Shown: positions 14,835 to 26,610 of the stretch, in pieces
How positions within the stretch are numbered: the first letter of the stretch is position 1
How the letters are laid out: every line of letters begins with the position of its first letter
DNA from: Zygnema circumcarinatum SAG 698-1b
Taxonomy: Eukaryota > Plantae > Zygnematophyceae
Direction: 5' to 3'
Length of the DNA: 64,000 nucleotides
Assembly (NCBI GenBank): GCA_037447605.1
Contig: CM074807.1
Span: forward strand, 2,924,327 to 2,988,326
The notes under the pieces: generated by a model
Database searches by the model: none
What the model was told of the DNA's origin: nothing
The model's input: the letters and a program-made list of their open reading frames with translations, nothing else
Translations under genes and position numbers: made by a program

Positions 14835-15076
14835 TTTAGGGTTTCAGGTTCAGGTTTAGGGTTTCGCTCTCCCTCCAGCCCCAGCGAGCTCGGTGTGAAC
14901 GCGGTCACTTTGTTGGTCGTTGTGGTACACTGGCCATCCGTCCATCCTCACCATGCGGGTGATGACGTCATCCAGCCTCAGTGCATACGCAGGCAGGTTT
15001 ATTTCGTCGAAGCTTTTGCCCTGCCTTCCTGTGGCGTTTGTCAGCATGACGCCATCGTGACCTCAGTGTGACGTCA
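14835..15076. promoter_or_regulatory. Divergent promoter between RING1 and the F-box gene, with telo-boxes and two TGACGTCA palindromes
   Basis: TTTAGGGTTT twice at about 14834-14865; TGACGTCA at about 14963 and 15069; lies between ATG 14513(-) and ATG 15144(+). Confidence 0.55.
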
Positions 15077-15143
15077 GCGAGACAGGGGCGCTGAAGGGAC
15101 CGCAAACAGGCGAGAGGGAGGGAGGAAGAGGCGGAGGTCAGCC

Positions 15144-17954
15144 ATGGCGGCCGGGGAGAGCGGGAGGGCGCAGAAGGCGGAGCAGCGCTGGGGCTGCGCA
15201 GCGTTCACTGGGCCATTCGCTGTGCAGGTGAGAGGCGCCCTCTGCATGTATTGCTGCTTGCGCTTCGGAAACGCTGGAAAGCCCTAACATCACGTAACCC
15301 TAATACTTTCCTAACCCCAAAATTCAATAGGCAGCGAGGTTATTTTATTCTGTATTTTATAAGTTTCAAATTAGCCTCTCCTTGTTCTGCGTTGAACCAT
15401 GTCCGACAGCCTTTGGAAGAATCATAACTGTGAAGAAGGGCGGGCCTTTCTGAGGGCTTCAGAGTCTTCCAGATGAAGTGTTGGTTCAGTGCTTGGCTCG
15501 CGTGCAAAGCCGCCACGCCTATGCAGCGCTGCGGGCCGTCTGCAGAAGCTGGCGGGCTCTGATGGCCGACCCTCTTTTTTGTAAGGTGAGAAGCAGGGGA
15601 ACAATGTGAAAATGCGGTTCCTAGATACAGATTTGGCACAGAGAGCTTTTCAGCAAGAGCTGAAGGTTTTCGCACGACACTTTCACTACCTTTAAGGATT
15701 TGATATAGTGCGAAGTGTCCGCGTTGGCTCTTTCTATATGTCTCCGCTTGGACTGGCCTTTTGAAAAGATGCATCTGTTAAAGGTCTTAGTAACTTCGCT
15801 CTAAAAATTGACGTTGTTCTTCTAAATATTTTCCTCTTTCTCCTTTTTGTTGATTAGCTGCTCGAAATATTTTATTTAATTCCTGTTCTAATCATTGATC
15901 TTTAAAAGCCCAAGATATTTTTTTCTTTTATCTCTGTGAAACCATGCATAGTGAACGATCCTTTCTCTTGTAAGTTTGTATTAGCTGAGTGCCGTTTCTC
16001 TGTGGTCCATGTGCGGGTCAGGTGCGGCGTGACTTAGGAATGACACGGCCCTGTCTCCTTACTCTTAGCCGCCCTCCAGAACAAAGCAGAGGAGAGTTCT
16101 TAGGCGAGTTCTATGACCCAGTTTCGGATGCCTCTCACTGCTTTACCTGCCCCTGGCCTGCTCTCCGGCAGCGAAGAGTTCTGCCTGCGGGCCTCGCCAT
16201 CTACTCCTGCATTTCTGTCGACTTCGAAGTATTTCTTTTTGGTGGGGAGCATTCTACGCATATCTACAAGTGTGTTTGTCAGCCCTTTCTTGAATGCCAT
16301 ACCATTTTTCAGTATGTATGTGGAGCTTAGCCAGGGTGCGCTGAAAGAGCGCTGCTTTCTTAAAAAATGTCTGTATGTACTTCCTGGAGTCCAGATGAAG
16401 AGTTTCATACTCGGATGTTCCTCTCAATCTCCATGACTAGTTTTTCTGAAGGTCATCAATTTGATGTTTTGTCTTTCTCCTCGTTCTCTGCTCGGACAGC
16501 CCAATTCTTAATGCTTGGAGGGAGGGTCTCGTGATGTTGGAGCCGCGTCGAGACTTTGCATGTGGAGTAGTAGGCCGGAAAATCTACATAGCAGGAGGTT
16601 TGAACACTGCCAACGAGCGCCTGTGTTCTGTTGAGGTGAGAGAGGGAGGCTCGGGTGGAAGAGCAGCATGTAGTTAGCGCCTTCAACTTCAAAGTTCTGT
16701 CCGCTGATGGATGCTTGCGCTCATGGGAGGAACAGGCTCCTTTGCTTGCTTTGATGAAAGTCATAGTTCTGTATGTCAAACCTGAATGATTTTTCAATCT
16801 TGAGAGCATCTCTTAACCCCTGTCATGCCTATCTGCGGCCAGGTATATGACATTGATAAGGACTGCTGGGCGAGGGTTTCATCGATGCCTGAGATGCGAT
16901 CTGGATGCAAGGTGCGTTTGCAAGCCATAGCAAAGAAGACCACATCCATTATCTTCTTGACCGATTGTTGCTCGTCATTCCGATGGTGATTTCCCTGTCA
17001 TTCCGATGGTGATTTCCCTGAAACCTTGAAGGATCCTTTTGTTGCCGTGGCTATTATGGAAACTCACTGAAAGGCCGTGGCTGCAGGGGCAAGTGGTGAA
17101 TGGGAAGTTCTTCATAGTAGGAGACCAGAACACCTTTGCGCCCAATCGGCGAAAGCCCCCTGACACGCTCGTGTACGACCCTTCAAAGGACAGCTGGCGA
17201 CTGGTTGCAGCATTGCCTGACGAGCGGTGGTACTTTCAGGTGAGCGGGAAGACGCTCTTGTTGAGGGTGGGAGGGAGGGAGGGAGGGAGGGAGGGAGGGA
17301 GGGAGAGAGGTGGGGCATTTAGGCCGCCAGGTGTAAAGGTCACCTTAAATCCATGGCTGTTTCTCAGGATTTCGGAATCTAGTGAAGAGCATGTTAGACA
17401 GCTGTTGCCGAGTACTCCTGTCCTTTCGCATTTGCTTCTTTTTCAATGCATGAAACCAAGCGTCGTCCGATGAGTTTTGGGCGGAATTGCAGACTCTGGT
17501 GTGGCAGGGCCAGCTGTGCGTGGTGGGAGGTGGGAGAAAACCGCATCCAGCAACACAAAGAGATCAGACTTGCTGGGCAGCGCCTCTCCTTTATCATGAG
17601 AAGGAGGACGAGTGGCGACTATGCGGCTTTGAGGTGGCGGAAAGAGTGAAGGGCAGCAGTGGGTGGCGCTGCAGTTCGAGTATCTGCACTCGCCTCCGGA
17701 ACACTGCTCTCTCCCATAAAGTGATGGCTCTGGGTGTGGGCGATGCCCTCTGTGTGATACCTGCGGGAGAGCATCAGTTGGTTTGGTCTGAGGGCCTGCG
17801 AGAGAAGGCTGCCGCAAGCTGTGAAGATGTGTGGTGTGGGCGGAGCCACGCACAGGGGCGGGGCAAAGGGCGAGGGGGGGGGCATGGTCGGAGGCGGCTG
17901 AGGCATCCATGGCATGGGCATGTGCATGGGGTGGCGCTTGTCATGCACATCTGA
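15144..17954 (+). CDS. F-box/kelch-repeat protein
   Basis: Exon 1 MAAGESG..AVQ (15144-15227); F-box exon SLPDEVLVQCLARVQSRHAYAALRAVCRSWRALMADPLFCK (from 15463); kelch exons ..VFLFGG, VYDIDKDCWARVSSMPEMRSGC, VVNGKFFIVG..VYDPSKDSWRLVAALP, LVWQGQLCVVGG; stop 17954. Confidence 0.9.
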
Positions 17955-18654
17955 TTGTGGCTGTGGGCCGACTCGATACATATGGGAATTGTTTGTCGGT
18001 AGAGCAACTCGTTTGATGTATGAGAGCAAGAAATTTTCATGTCTGCCATAAGGTGGCGGCGAGTTGCGTAGTTGTTTAGTCTGAGAGTCTCCAGAGGGCC
18101 CCATGGTGCGAGTCTTTCTTATTAGTTTATGAGATAAAGGTTTCTTTTGTTTGTTGAACAATAAAGAGCTGCAGGCGGCAAATACAAACAAGTAAATTTT
18201 TAATATACTAGTTTTTCTCAAACTGCATACAGTTACCGTTTTGGAGCGACGTCATTAACATCTGCTTCAGTTCCAGTTCCAGTTTCCTTACTATAAACGC
18301 TTCGCCGTCGCCTTTCTATGTCCAGTTCCGCTGTTCGGTTTGTTCTTTGTTTTTTTTTTTTTTTCCAGTCTTCATTCCCATAGTGAGAACACTAAACAAG
18401 GAAAAGGATTCATGTTCATCGATGACCTCCACGTGGCGTCACGAGGGGGGCTTCGGGCTCCACGCGGTGGCAAAAGTGACGTGGCAGCTGATCTTTCCAC
18501 CAATTGCGAGGCCGCCTTGCATGTGCTTTGGATTGCACAGCCTATTCGTTCGCCACGTGGCGATGCGGAGCCCTCGGGGGCAGCCACGTTGCAAGCGAGG
18601 GCGCCGGCCCAACCCTAATCCTGGTGGCGCCTCAGCGGGCTCTGGCGGGGCGGA

Positions 18655-18735
18655 GGGAGAGGGAGACGGAGAGGGAGAGGGAGAGGGAGAGGGAGAAGGG
18701 AGAGAGAGAGACGGAGAGGGAGGGAGAAGAGAGAG
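18655..18735. repeat. (GAGAGG)n/(GA)n tract in the 5' region of the LysM gene
   Basis: Direct reading. Confidence 0.8.
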
Positions 18736-19165
18736 TCGAGAAAAGACGCTAAGAGAGAAGAATATTGGCATTTGATTGAAGCGATTGTTTATTTCTTGGG
18801 CGCTACTCTTGGGGTGGCTAAGTAAGTGCTGGGTTACTGAAAAGCCAACCGTTATAAGGGTGGGAAACCAACCTGAAGGACGTTTTTTCCTAGATTTAAG
18901 TTTTCTCTGATCTTGTAGACTAACGCTGATGGTATGGTTATCAAAGTCCGAAGTGGCTGCGTGAGTTTGAACATGGCCTGTTCGTAGCCTGGTGTTGGTG
19001 GAAGAAGTTCATATCTTTCCTTTTTTGGAACTGATTTGGAAAGTATTTTTCAAGTTCAGTTTTTTTGGCGGTGAAATCACATTTTTGTTGTTTCTCCTAA
19101 TGGGTGTGTCGCTTTGGAATTCTTACTGCCTCTTGCATCTGCTTATATTACAGATATAAAGCAAG

Positions 19166-20344
19166 ATGTCCAACGCTAAAGATGGCGCGTCAGGTGATAG
19201 CAATAAGGAGAATGATCGTATGGAAACTGCCGTAAAGGTAGCTGGCATTGTTCTCGCCACATCTATCGGTATCAGCTTGCTTCGATCAAAAAAAGTTCAA
19301 GAGAAAGTCGAGAATGCCATCGACGAGGTAGCCAATACAAGAGAAGAACTTTCTCTGAAGGTACGAATGCTTTGCAGTTTTCCATTCAAGTCTGTGCATG
19401 GCAATCACTATTGGTTGACGATTTTCAGTTGAACCTTGCATTATGCAACTGTATTTAAGCCCGGCGCAGCAAGGTTTCAAGGTTTTGGCAGTGTGTGAAA
19501 TTGCAAAGAATTGCGTAGTCTTGGTTGATAAGTTATCCCTCATGTAGTGAGCTAGAAGACCGGATATGGGCTGATTCAGCTACGCCTGTTGTAGGTGGTC
19601 TGCGACCTCCATTTGTGTAGTTACGAGGTCGAGTATATTTTCCTCTTGCCCTTCAGTTTGATTGTATTCCATTGCCCGACTCTCTTAATTTCTTTAGTTC
19701 CCTTGTGCGTGATGGATTGCAGTTGAGGGGAGCTCAAATCGTTGGGGAGGCAGACAGCAATGCTCAGGATTTTCAGGATCAAGTGCAAGAGCAGGTTGAG
19801 GACAAAGGAAGGGAAGCCAAGAGGGCGATTTCTGGTTTCTTTGGAGATGCGAAGAAGGCAGCCCATAAGGTCAAGAACGCTCGGAGAGGCCTCATTGTTG
19901 AGAAAGGCGATACATTGTGGAGCCTTTCGAAAAAGTACCATGTAAGTTATCTGTCTCTGTAAAGCATTGCCGCATTGTCCTGTTTTAGAGTCATTTTTTG
20001 TTTTTTAAAGTAATAGCAAGTCGTTCAGACAAGGGAATGGATCTACACGAGCTGCTTACGGGATGCTTTTAGAAGCATGAATGTGAATCTGCGCATTTGC
20101 TTTTTGGTGTGCTTTTCTCTATTTTTGTAATGTATGCCGCTCTTCATGACTTCATCAGTGAAACCCGGTAGTCGTTGCCATGAGAGCTACTACAATGTTC
20201 CCAGTTGACGCGAGATCTCTTCTGAACTTGCAGGTGTCTGTGGATGTCATTCGAACTTCTAACTCCCTTGCAGGAGATAAGATTCTTGCTGGTCAAGAAT
20301 TGGTCATCCCAGGAGCAGGGCTCATGGACAAGCCAGTGAAATAG
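19166..20344 (+). CDS. Small membrane-anchored LysM-domain protein (3 coding exons)
   Basis: N-terminal hydrophobic stretch AVKVAGIVLATSIGISLL and charged helical repeats; C-terminal LysM spliced as LIVEKGDTLWSLSKKYH|VSVDVIRTSNSLAGDKILAGQELVIP; TAG 20342-20344. Confidence 0.9.
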
Positions 20345-20883
20345 AGTTTCTGAAGGCTATTTAGTTCCCCTTGTCCAATCAATTCATGGAAGCATGGCTC
20401 AACTGGTTGGGCGTAAGTTGAATCTGGACGTGTAGCAATACAAGAGTGAGTTAGTGCTCCTTAGTTTTGACTGTTGATTACCATTCGGCATGCTTTTTGC
20501 AAGTCTCTGGTTTGCTTGCTTGGGTCTTCTTAAAGCTGTATATAAGGCCTGAGGATTTAGTATTTCAGGAACTGAAATTGTTGCCGATGCCATGTATTGC
20601 AGCACCAACTTGTACGGATTTAAGCTTTGTAATCAGTGTTCATTTGTATTATCGTTTTCCCTCTGCGTTCTTCGGCAGTGAAGTTGTCTGCTCTGTACCC
20701 ACAGTGGAGTCGCAACACGGCCAGCGAACAATCACGCCCCATACAACTGACAAGCCAGACCTGATACTTCAGAAAGCTTGCCATCCAAAGCCATAGACCC
20801 AGCTTGCAGCCAACGGCTCACCATACATAGCTTTCTGACAAATCGCTCTTAGCAGGTCTCAAGCAATAGCCAACATTCCCGCC

Positions 20884-23800
20884 TTATTGGCCAGGCAGCT
20901 GCCCCGAGCCAAACGGCAGAATCCCTGTCATCTGCATCATGCCTGCCGTCTGCACATACTGTCCGCTCATTGCCATGGGGGGCATCATTCCAAGAACACC
21001 TGCTCCCGACTGGCCTGTCAAGTCACCAGGGGGGTGAGAAGCCATATAGCCTTGCATAGGCATTCCCGAATGCATCCCTAGATATTGGGGAGCGAGAGAT
21101 CCTATGGGCATTTGTTGGACTGTGGGCAGAAGAGGACCCATGGTTGCCATGAGAGTTCCACCTGCAGGTAGAGGTGGAGGTGGTGGTAGTGGTAGAGGTG
21201 GAGGAGGAGGTAGGGGAAGAGAGGGCCCGGTTCCCTCTAGTCCTGCAGGATGTGAAGCTACTCCTACCGGAGGAGAAGGTAGATTTAAATGCCCTATTGC
21301 AGACGGGGCTCGGAGGGCCGAGAGTGAGGCAGCAGATGGTGGAGGTGCAGCTGCAGGAGCTGCAGCAGTCAAGCCAAGCCCGGGGATGGCTGCTGACTGT
21401 TCCTCTATCTCCATCCTGCTTGCAAGCTCCGACGGAGCACCGTCTGCAAGAGTAACAGTTTGGAATGAGTGGGATCAGTCTCTTGGCTCGACTCTCTGAT
21501 TCATAATTTCGGCCTTTTCTTTCTTTTAACATGAAAGCACACAAACCTGTTGGTTGCGTTCGACTCCAGTCCTTCATTGCCTCTCCCGGACGACTGCGGC
21601 ACCAGAATTTTGTACTATGGTCGTTGCTGCCACTGCGACCCCGCAGGGACAGATCAATGTTAATGTTGCAATTGAGGAAAAATATAGGCCAGTGAAAAGG
21701 CAGGCCGCGGGCAAGATCAATGCTTGATTTCCGAATCGTACTGGAGGGCAGCAAAAGGGCGAAGCAGTACCTGCACAGAATATGACCAACAGGATGCCAC
21801 GCAAGGGTCCATACACTGCTTTCATGAGCTGTGGCTACTTCTGCTTGTACCTGTTCCTGCCTGCGCCACAAAGTTGCAAAGGTTTTCGATTTGTTAAACG
21901 AAAACGTGCAAGTAATGTAAGTGTAACGGCAGTTCAACACTCAGACCTCGAACTTCACAATGGGAAGGGTCGAAAGTATTCAAGCCCGAAGCATGAAGGC
22001 AGTTTAAAACTACAACATAAGCTGTCTTCAAGCCTCTCAATATAGTATACATTTAAAAATTGTTGGAGGGACTGGCCAACGTATGAAGTTTTCCATTGCT
22101 TTGTCCATTGTCCTCAAAATGAAAGACAGGAATCATGTTCGGAGATAGTATACTCTATGGCACAAAGCTAGTTAGTCAGGGCACCCCCCTTAACATTAAC
22201 CATAGTCAGTAGTGTCCCTTGAGCATTTGGTGAACTCACCCAACCACCCAATGCAAAATGCTGCCTTCATAGCCACCGCTGACAAAAAGCTCCTCGTGGT
22301 GTGGGTGCCAAGCTAAAGCTGCAGAAGCCAATAGTCCAAGTCAGCCATTCTTCAAGTAAACCAAAGTACAATGGCCCGATGCCCCCCACAAGGAGGATCA
22401 TGGTGGACCATGTTGTCACATGAAAACAGCAAGTCCATGGCACCTGGTTTGGCCAGCTCAAGGGAACTATAAATGCAATACATTGTAGATAGCTCATGCT
22501 TTAAGACTCTTCTTCACCTTCCATTTCCTAAGAACTGGTATAGTGTTCACCTGTTACTTCTTTCTTATGTCCTCGGTAAGATTCCAGTTCCTTCAGCATA
22601 CGCAAGTCGTAAAGCTGGAGGCATAAACCCAATATTTTGTCAGTCAAGACTCAAGGACGGAGATATGCTCTGCAAAATGACGCAATCACGCATAGCTGAG
22701 ACAGCAAAAAAAAATAAAGACGAGAAGAAGAATAACTAATTGGCAGATCCAACCGGACCAGGTACAATGTTTCTTGCCTTGATCAACTGGTCTCGGGAGG
22801 CAGATAATAACCAGTTGCCATTCTTGTTCCACTTGACTGATAGAACTGTATTCTTATGGCCATGTCTGCCCATTTCCAGTGCCGACCCAAATACATAAAT
22901 TAGACATATTGTAGAGCGGGTAAACCAAGAAAGTTTGTAAGATGATTCAAATGGAGTATTAGCTTCGAAAGGAGGCCCACAATGTGCAGAGTTGTCGACC
23001 GCTTTTTGCATCCCACAACTTTACTAAGTTGTCCTTCGCTCCTGTTCAACCAGAACCCATGAACTGAATCACGAAAGAAGCATAGGGAATTGTGAAGGGC
23101 ACAAAAAAACTGGAGACAAAAAGTAGAAGGTCATATAAAGATAAGAACTCAAGGCTGTCGAAAAATTCCGAATGGAACAATTAGTGTACAACATGATCAA
23201 TGTAAATTCAGCCACATATCAGATTCGAAAAGCTCAGCCAAATCATCTCACCTGAAACTAACAGAGACTTTGTTGGATGCCAGTCCACACTCTTAACGTC
23301 CCACCCGTGACCTGACCAATGGGAAGTGAGCCAACATCAGCCCATAACATCAGCCCATTGGGCTCACCTTCAAGGATGAAAAACGATAGTTTACTCGCCT
23401 GAAAGGATTTTTATGCAAGATTCAAGTTCGGCCACGCCTGCATTTAAGCAGCTGTTTCAAAGTATCTGGACTGTTTGGAAAAGGGTGTCCTGTCAAGACA
23501 TCTCAGAAATTGGACCACTGCAGAACTGCTTTGAGCCCTTCAGTTCGCTGTTCTTAATAGCCGGTAACCACAAAAACAAACGTTGTTTTTGGAAACAAAC
23601 TCTTCAGGATTCAAACAGTCCAGTTACTACTTGCAACGGCTCATGCAGAGAGATTTCTACCTGACAAGGCGCTCTCCTCTTGGCAGAGGGCGAAATCCCA
23701 CACCTTCACTGTCGTGTCATCGGAGCAGGAAGCAAACTTGAGATCTGTACTGGAAAAGCTGCTCCCTTCAATCCAGAGTGGCCAGTCCCAAGGGGCATCC

Positions 23801-26057
23801 AATTAGTCAGTTTGGGAGAAACATCCACACTTTGAACTTCAGCTCTGCTTTTGAATCCATCCATCTCATCGCAAAAACCCAGTCAAAAAGTTCGCAACTT
23901 GAATTTAAGTTTGTAAAACAGGAAGTCAAACACAACTGAAAAATGCTATGACAGGGACCACGGCTTGGTTCTTGGAAATCCTGTTTTGTTGCGATAGACA
24001 AAACTGAGGTTCGAGTAGAAACCTTGGCCATATTTCGGTTACAGACACCCAGTTCGGCATGGAGAAGGTCAATTCTAAGGTCGGAGCGATCATAATTTAA
24101 ATGTACTATGGTCACAGTTTTTCCTTCTAGTCTCCCTCCCCAACCTTCCTGTGCAGATCATGAGGTCTGGCCCTGCACCTGAGGTCGCGAACTGCTTCCT
24201 TATGCGCCCCCTGCTTGGCCTTCACGTTGTTCATGTTACTCTGCCAATACCTGTGCACGCCCTGCCTCTCTCAGCACCATAGCAGCAAATGAGAGTGAAT
24301 CCAAACACTACTGAATGCCAGAATTCAGCCGCTGCCCAATCGAGAGGGGCTCTAATGGGCACAGACAAAACTAAAACTGCTCTGCAATACAAAAGCAGAG
24401 GGAAGAGCACACACTTGATGCAGCCGGCGTCATCACCAGTGACGAGCCAATTTTCGCTGTTGCTCCACACCATGCTGCGAATTGCCACATCATGAGCCTG
24501 CATCACCATCGAATGATAAACCAAAATATCATTTGCAGTCGGTTCAATGTCCGATGTAGAACAAGCTTTTGTATTATTGATATCCTGCTATGGCATGCGG
24601 GAGGCACAACAACGTTGTCCAGATAGTTTTCTTGCTATAAGTCGTTTCGCTGAATAGCTTCAGATCAATTTTTTTTAAGAGGTGGCAATTCCTTGCCAAC
24701 CTGAAGAATCATCTCAAAGTTGAATGATTGCCCATTCCACAGAGTGAACTCTCCACTCTGTGAGCCAGTGATGAGCCGTCTGCCGGTTGGTGTCCACTGC
24801 ACAGGGCAGGCAGTGACAGAAACTCAAAATTTTGGAACTTCTCCATCAAAAATAATAGCAGAAGGCCCATAAAGAGTATCTCTTTACATTCTTGCCAACA
24901 ACTTACTCTCAAGGGAAACAAAACACAAATGTTGTCCCATTTTGAAACTGGAAGTATAACACACGCAGGAATGCACGCATGAAACCTACACTTCATGAAC
25001 ACAAGCCTATAACCACCGCACATTGGAGCCGCCCTGACTTACCACTACTCGATTGATTGAACAACGAACTTTATTGGTGGAGGCATGCACAAACTTTGTG
25101 CAGAAACTTGTGGAAGGATTGTCTGGATATGCAACGGGAGGCAAAAGCTGCACGAACCCGCGCACACTTGTTAGGGAGAAATATGCGAATTATGTCTTAT
25201 TGTTCTGTTATTCCGTTCTTTCAGTGCAAGTGCACAGAAATCTATGAATCGCACGAATACCATGAATGGCAAGTTTGATATTGCATTGATTCTTTCATGA
25301 CCCGCTCGTATCCAGATAGTGCTTTAGATAGAAAAAAGGTCCCATAAGCTAGATTTGATCGGCTTATCCATTTTCTTAACCATAGTCGATTGAAGCATTT
25401 ACATTCAATGCTGCACCCGCTGTTGGTTGCAATGTTGAACTGTCCCGAATGTCCCTCTCATGCATCCGGGTCTGCACAACGAAAAACACACATCATCATG
25501 CATCAAGCAGAAGGCAACGGCAAAAATGGATGCTTGGACAGACTCTTGACTTTTTCATCTCATCGTCGTGTTTCAAGTTTTTTAAACAAGAAGAAGAGTC
25601 ACTGTTGGGCCCGAACGACTCAAAAAGTTTCCAAAAAAGAGACCAACCTGCATGAGCTTCACAACGGGAGGGCTATAATCCACGGTGCGCCGCTGCACAG
25701 GCTTGCGCATCCTCTTCCCTGCCGCCCAATGCAAAGCTCTCACACTTCAACAGATTGTGCACACAGGGGGCATACTGCCTAACACGCGGTTTCTGGCGAG
25801 ACACAACATTTCAGGTGGCCGGCTGGGTACTTCAAGTCTGCATTTTAATCTTTTGCGTGCAAAAATCGATATGCAGGAAACACCTAAATTGCCATAACTT
25901 GGAAAAGTCTGAATAATGATCCCATGCCATGGAAACTGCTGAATGGTTGCGTCCATTTACGGAATCAGAACAACTCACCGTCAGACATAGCAGTCCCAGG
26001 TCGCCCATAGTCGCCGCGCGATTGATAAGCAGACTCATGCGCATATTCGGAATACAT
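20884..26057 (-). CDS. FY: FY / WDR33 (Pfs2) polyadenylation factor: WD40 repeats plus Pro-rich tail
   Basis: ATG 26057 MYSEYAHE; [15 protein letters not shown]; [27 protein letters not shown]; [32 protein letters not shown]; [12 protein letters not shown]; [21 protein letters not shown]; [22 protein letters not shown]; [13 protein letters not shown]; Pro/Met/Gly-rich last exon. Confidence 0.97.
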
Positions 26058-26284
26058 GGCCTGGCCGCTTTTCTACAATGTGCTGCAGCTATTGAAAAAG
26101 AACACTCGGAGGGAACTTCAACTCCTTCACCGTAGTTCAATGCCAACTTTCCCCCTTCTCCATAACATAGCTCATCAGCACACCGCAAGCCCTCCTCCTC
26201 CGGCAGCCATGGCCATCAGCCAGCCTCTCAGGGGCATGCAGATGCTGGCCATGCCATTTCCATGCCCATCGACGGCCAAGGGAT

Positions 26285-26412
26285 GGGCATGGATGGACCC
26301 ATGGAGGCATGGACCCATGGGGAGGCATGAACCCATGGGGAGGCATGGACCCATGGGGAGGCATGGACCCATGGGGAGGCATGGACCCATGGAGACATGG
26401 ACCCATGGTGGC
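26285..26412. repeat. CCATGG-rich minisatellite (about 18-bp unit GGCATGGACCCATGGGGA); continues at 26588-26610 and 28479-28562
   Basis: About 7 tandem units read directly; further units flank the hAT element on both sides. Confidence 0.92.
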
Positions 26413-26610
26413 ATGGACCCAAGCGATCGAACCAGACACGGAGCGCCGGTGACAACAGGCCGAAGGTAGCGCCGGAACGAACTTGTTGCAAACAAAATAG
26501 ATAAGCAATTTCTGTCTACCATCATAAGCTTGCAAGTGAACGCAGTGAGTTTATGCCCCCCATTTATGCCCCCTGGGGGGCATAAACTCATGGAGGCATG
26601 GACCCATGGA

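Noticed and set aside
14856-15047. 63-aa minus-strand ORF (MLTNATGRQG..) as a small gene or RING1 uORF
   Set aside because: No recognisable motif; it overlaps telo-boxes and TGACGTCA sites of the divergent promoter; no support beyond length.
16974-17019. 23-bp tandem duplication gtcattccgatggtgatttccct
   Set aside because: Real, but only two copies within an F-box intron; ordinary slippage.
18610-18630. NPNPGG as a second 2A motif
   Set aside because: It lacks the D[V/I]Ex prefix and terminal Pro; it is a telo-box translation.
21023-21940. 305-aa ORF as an independent gene
   Set aside because: It is a chance read-through of FY exons and introns plus a shifted frame of the last exon.
26285-26412. 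Possible CRISPR-like array
   Set aside because: Units are contiguous with no unique spacers, there are no cas genes, and the context is eukaryotic.
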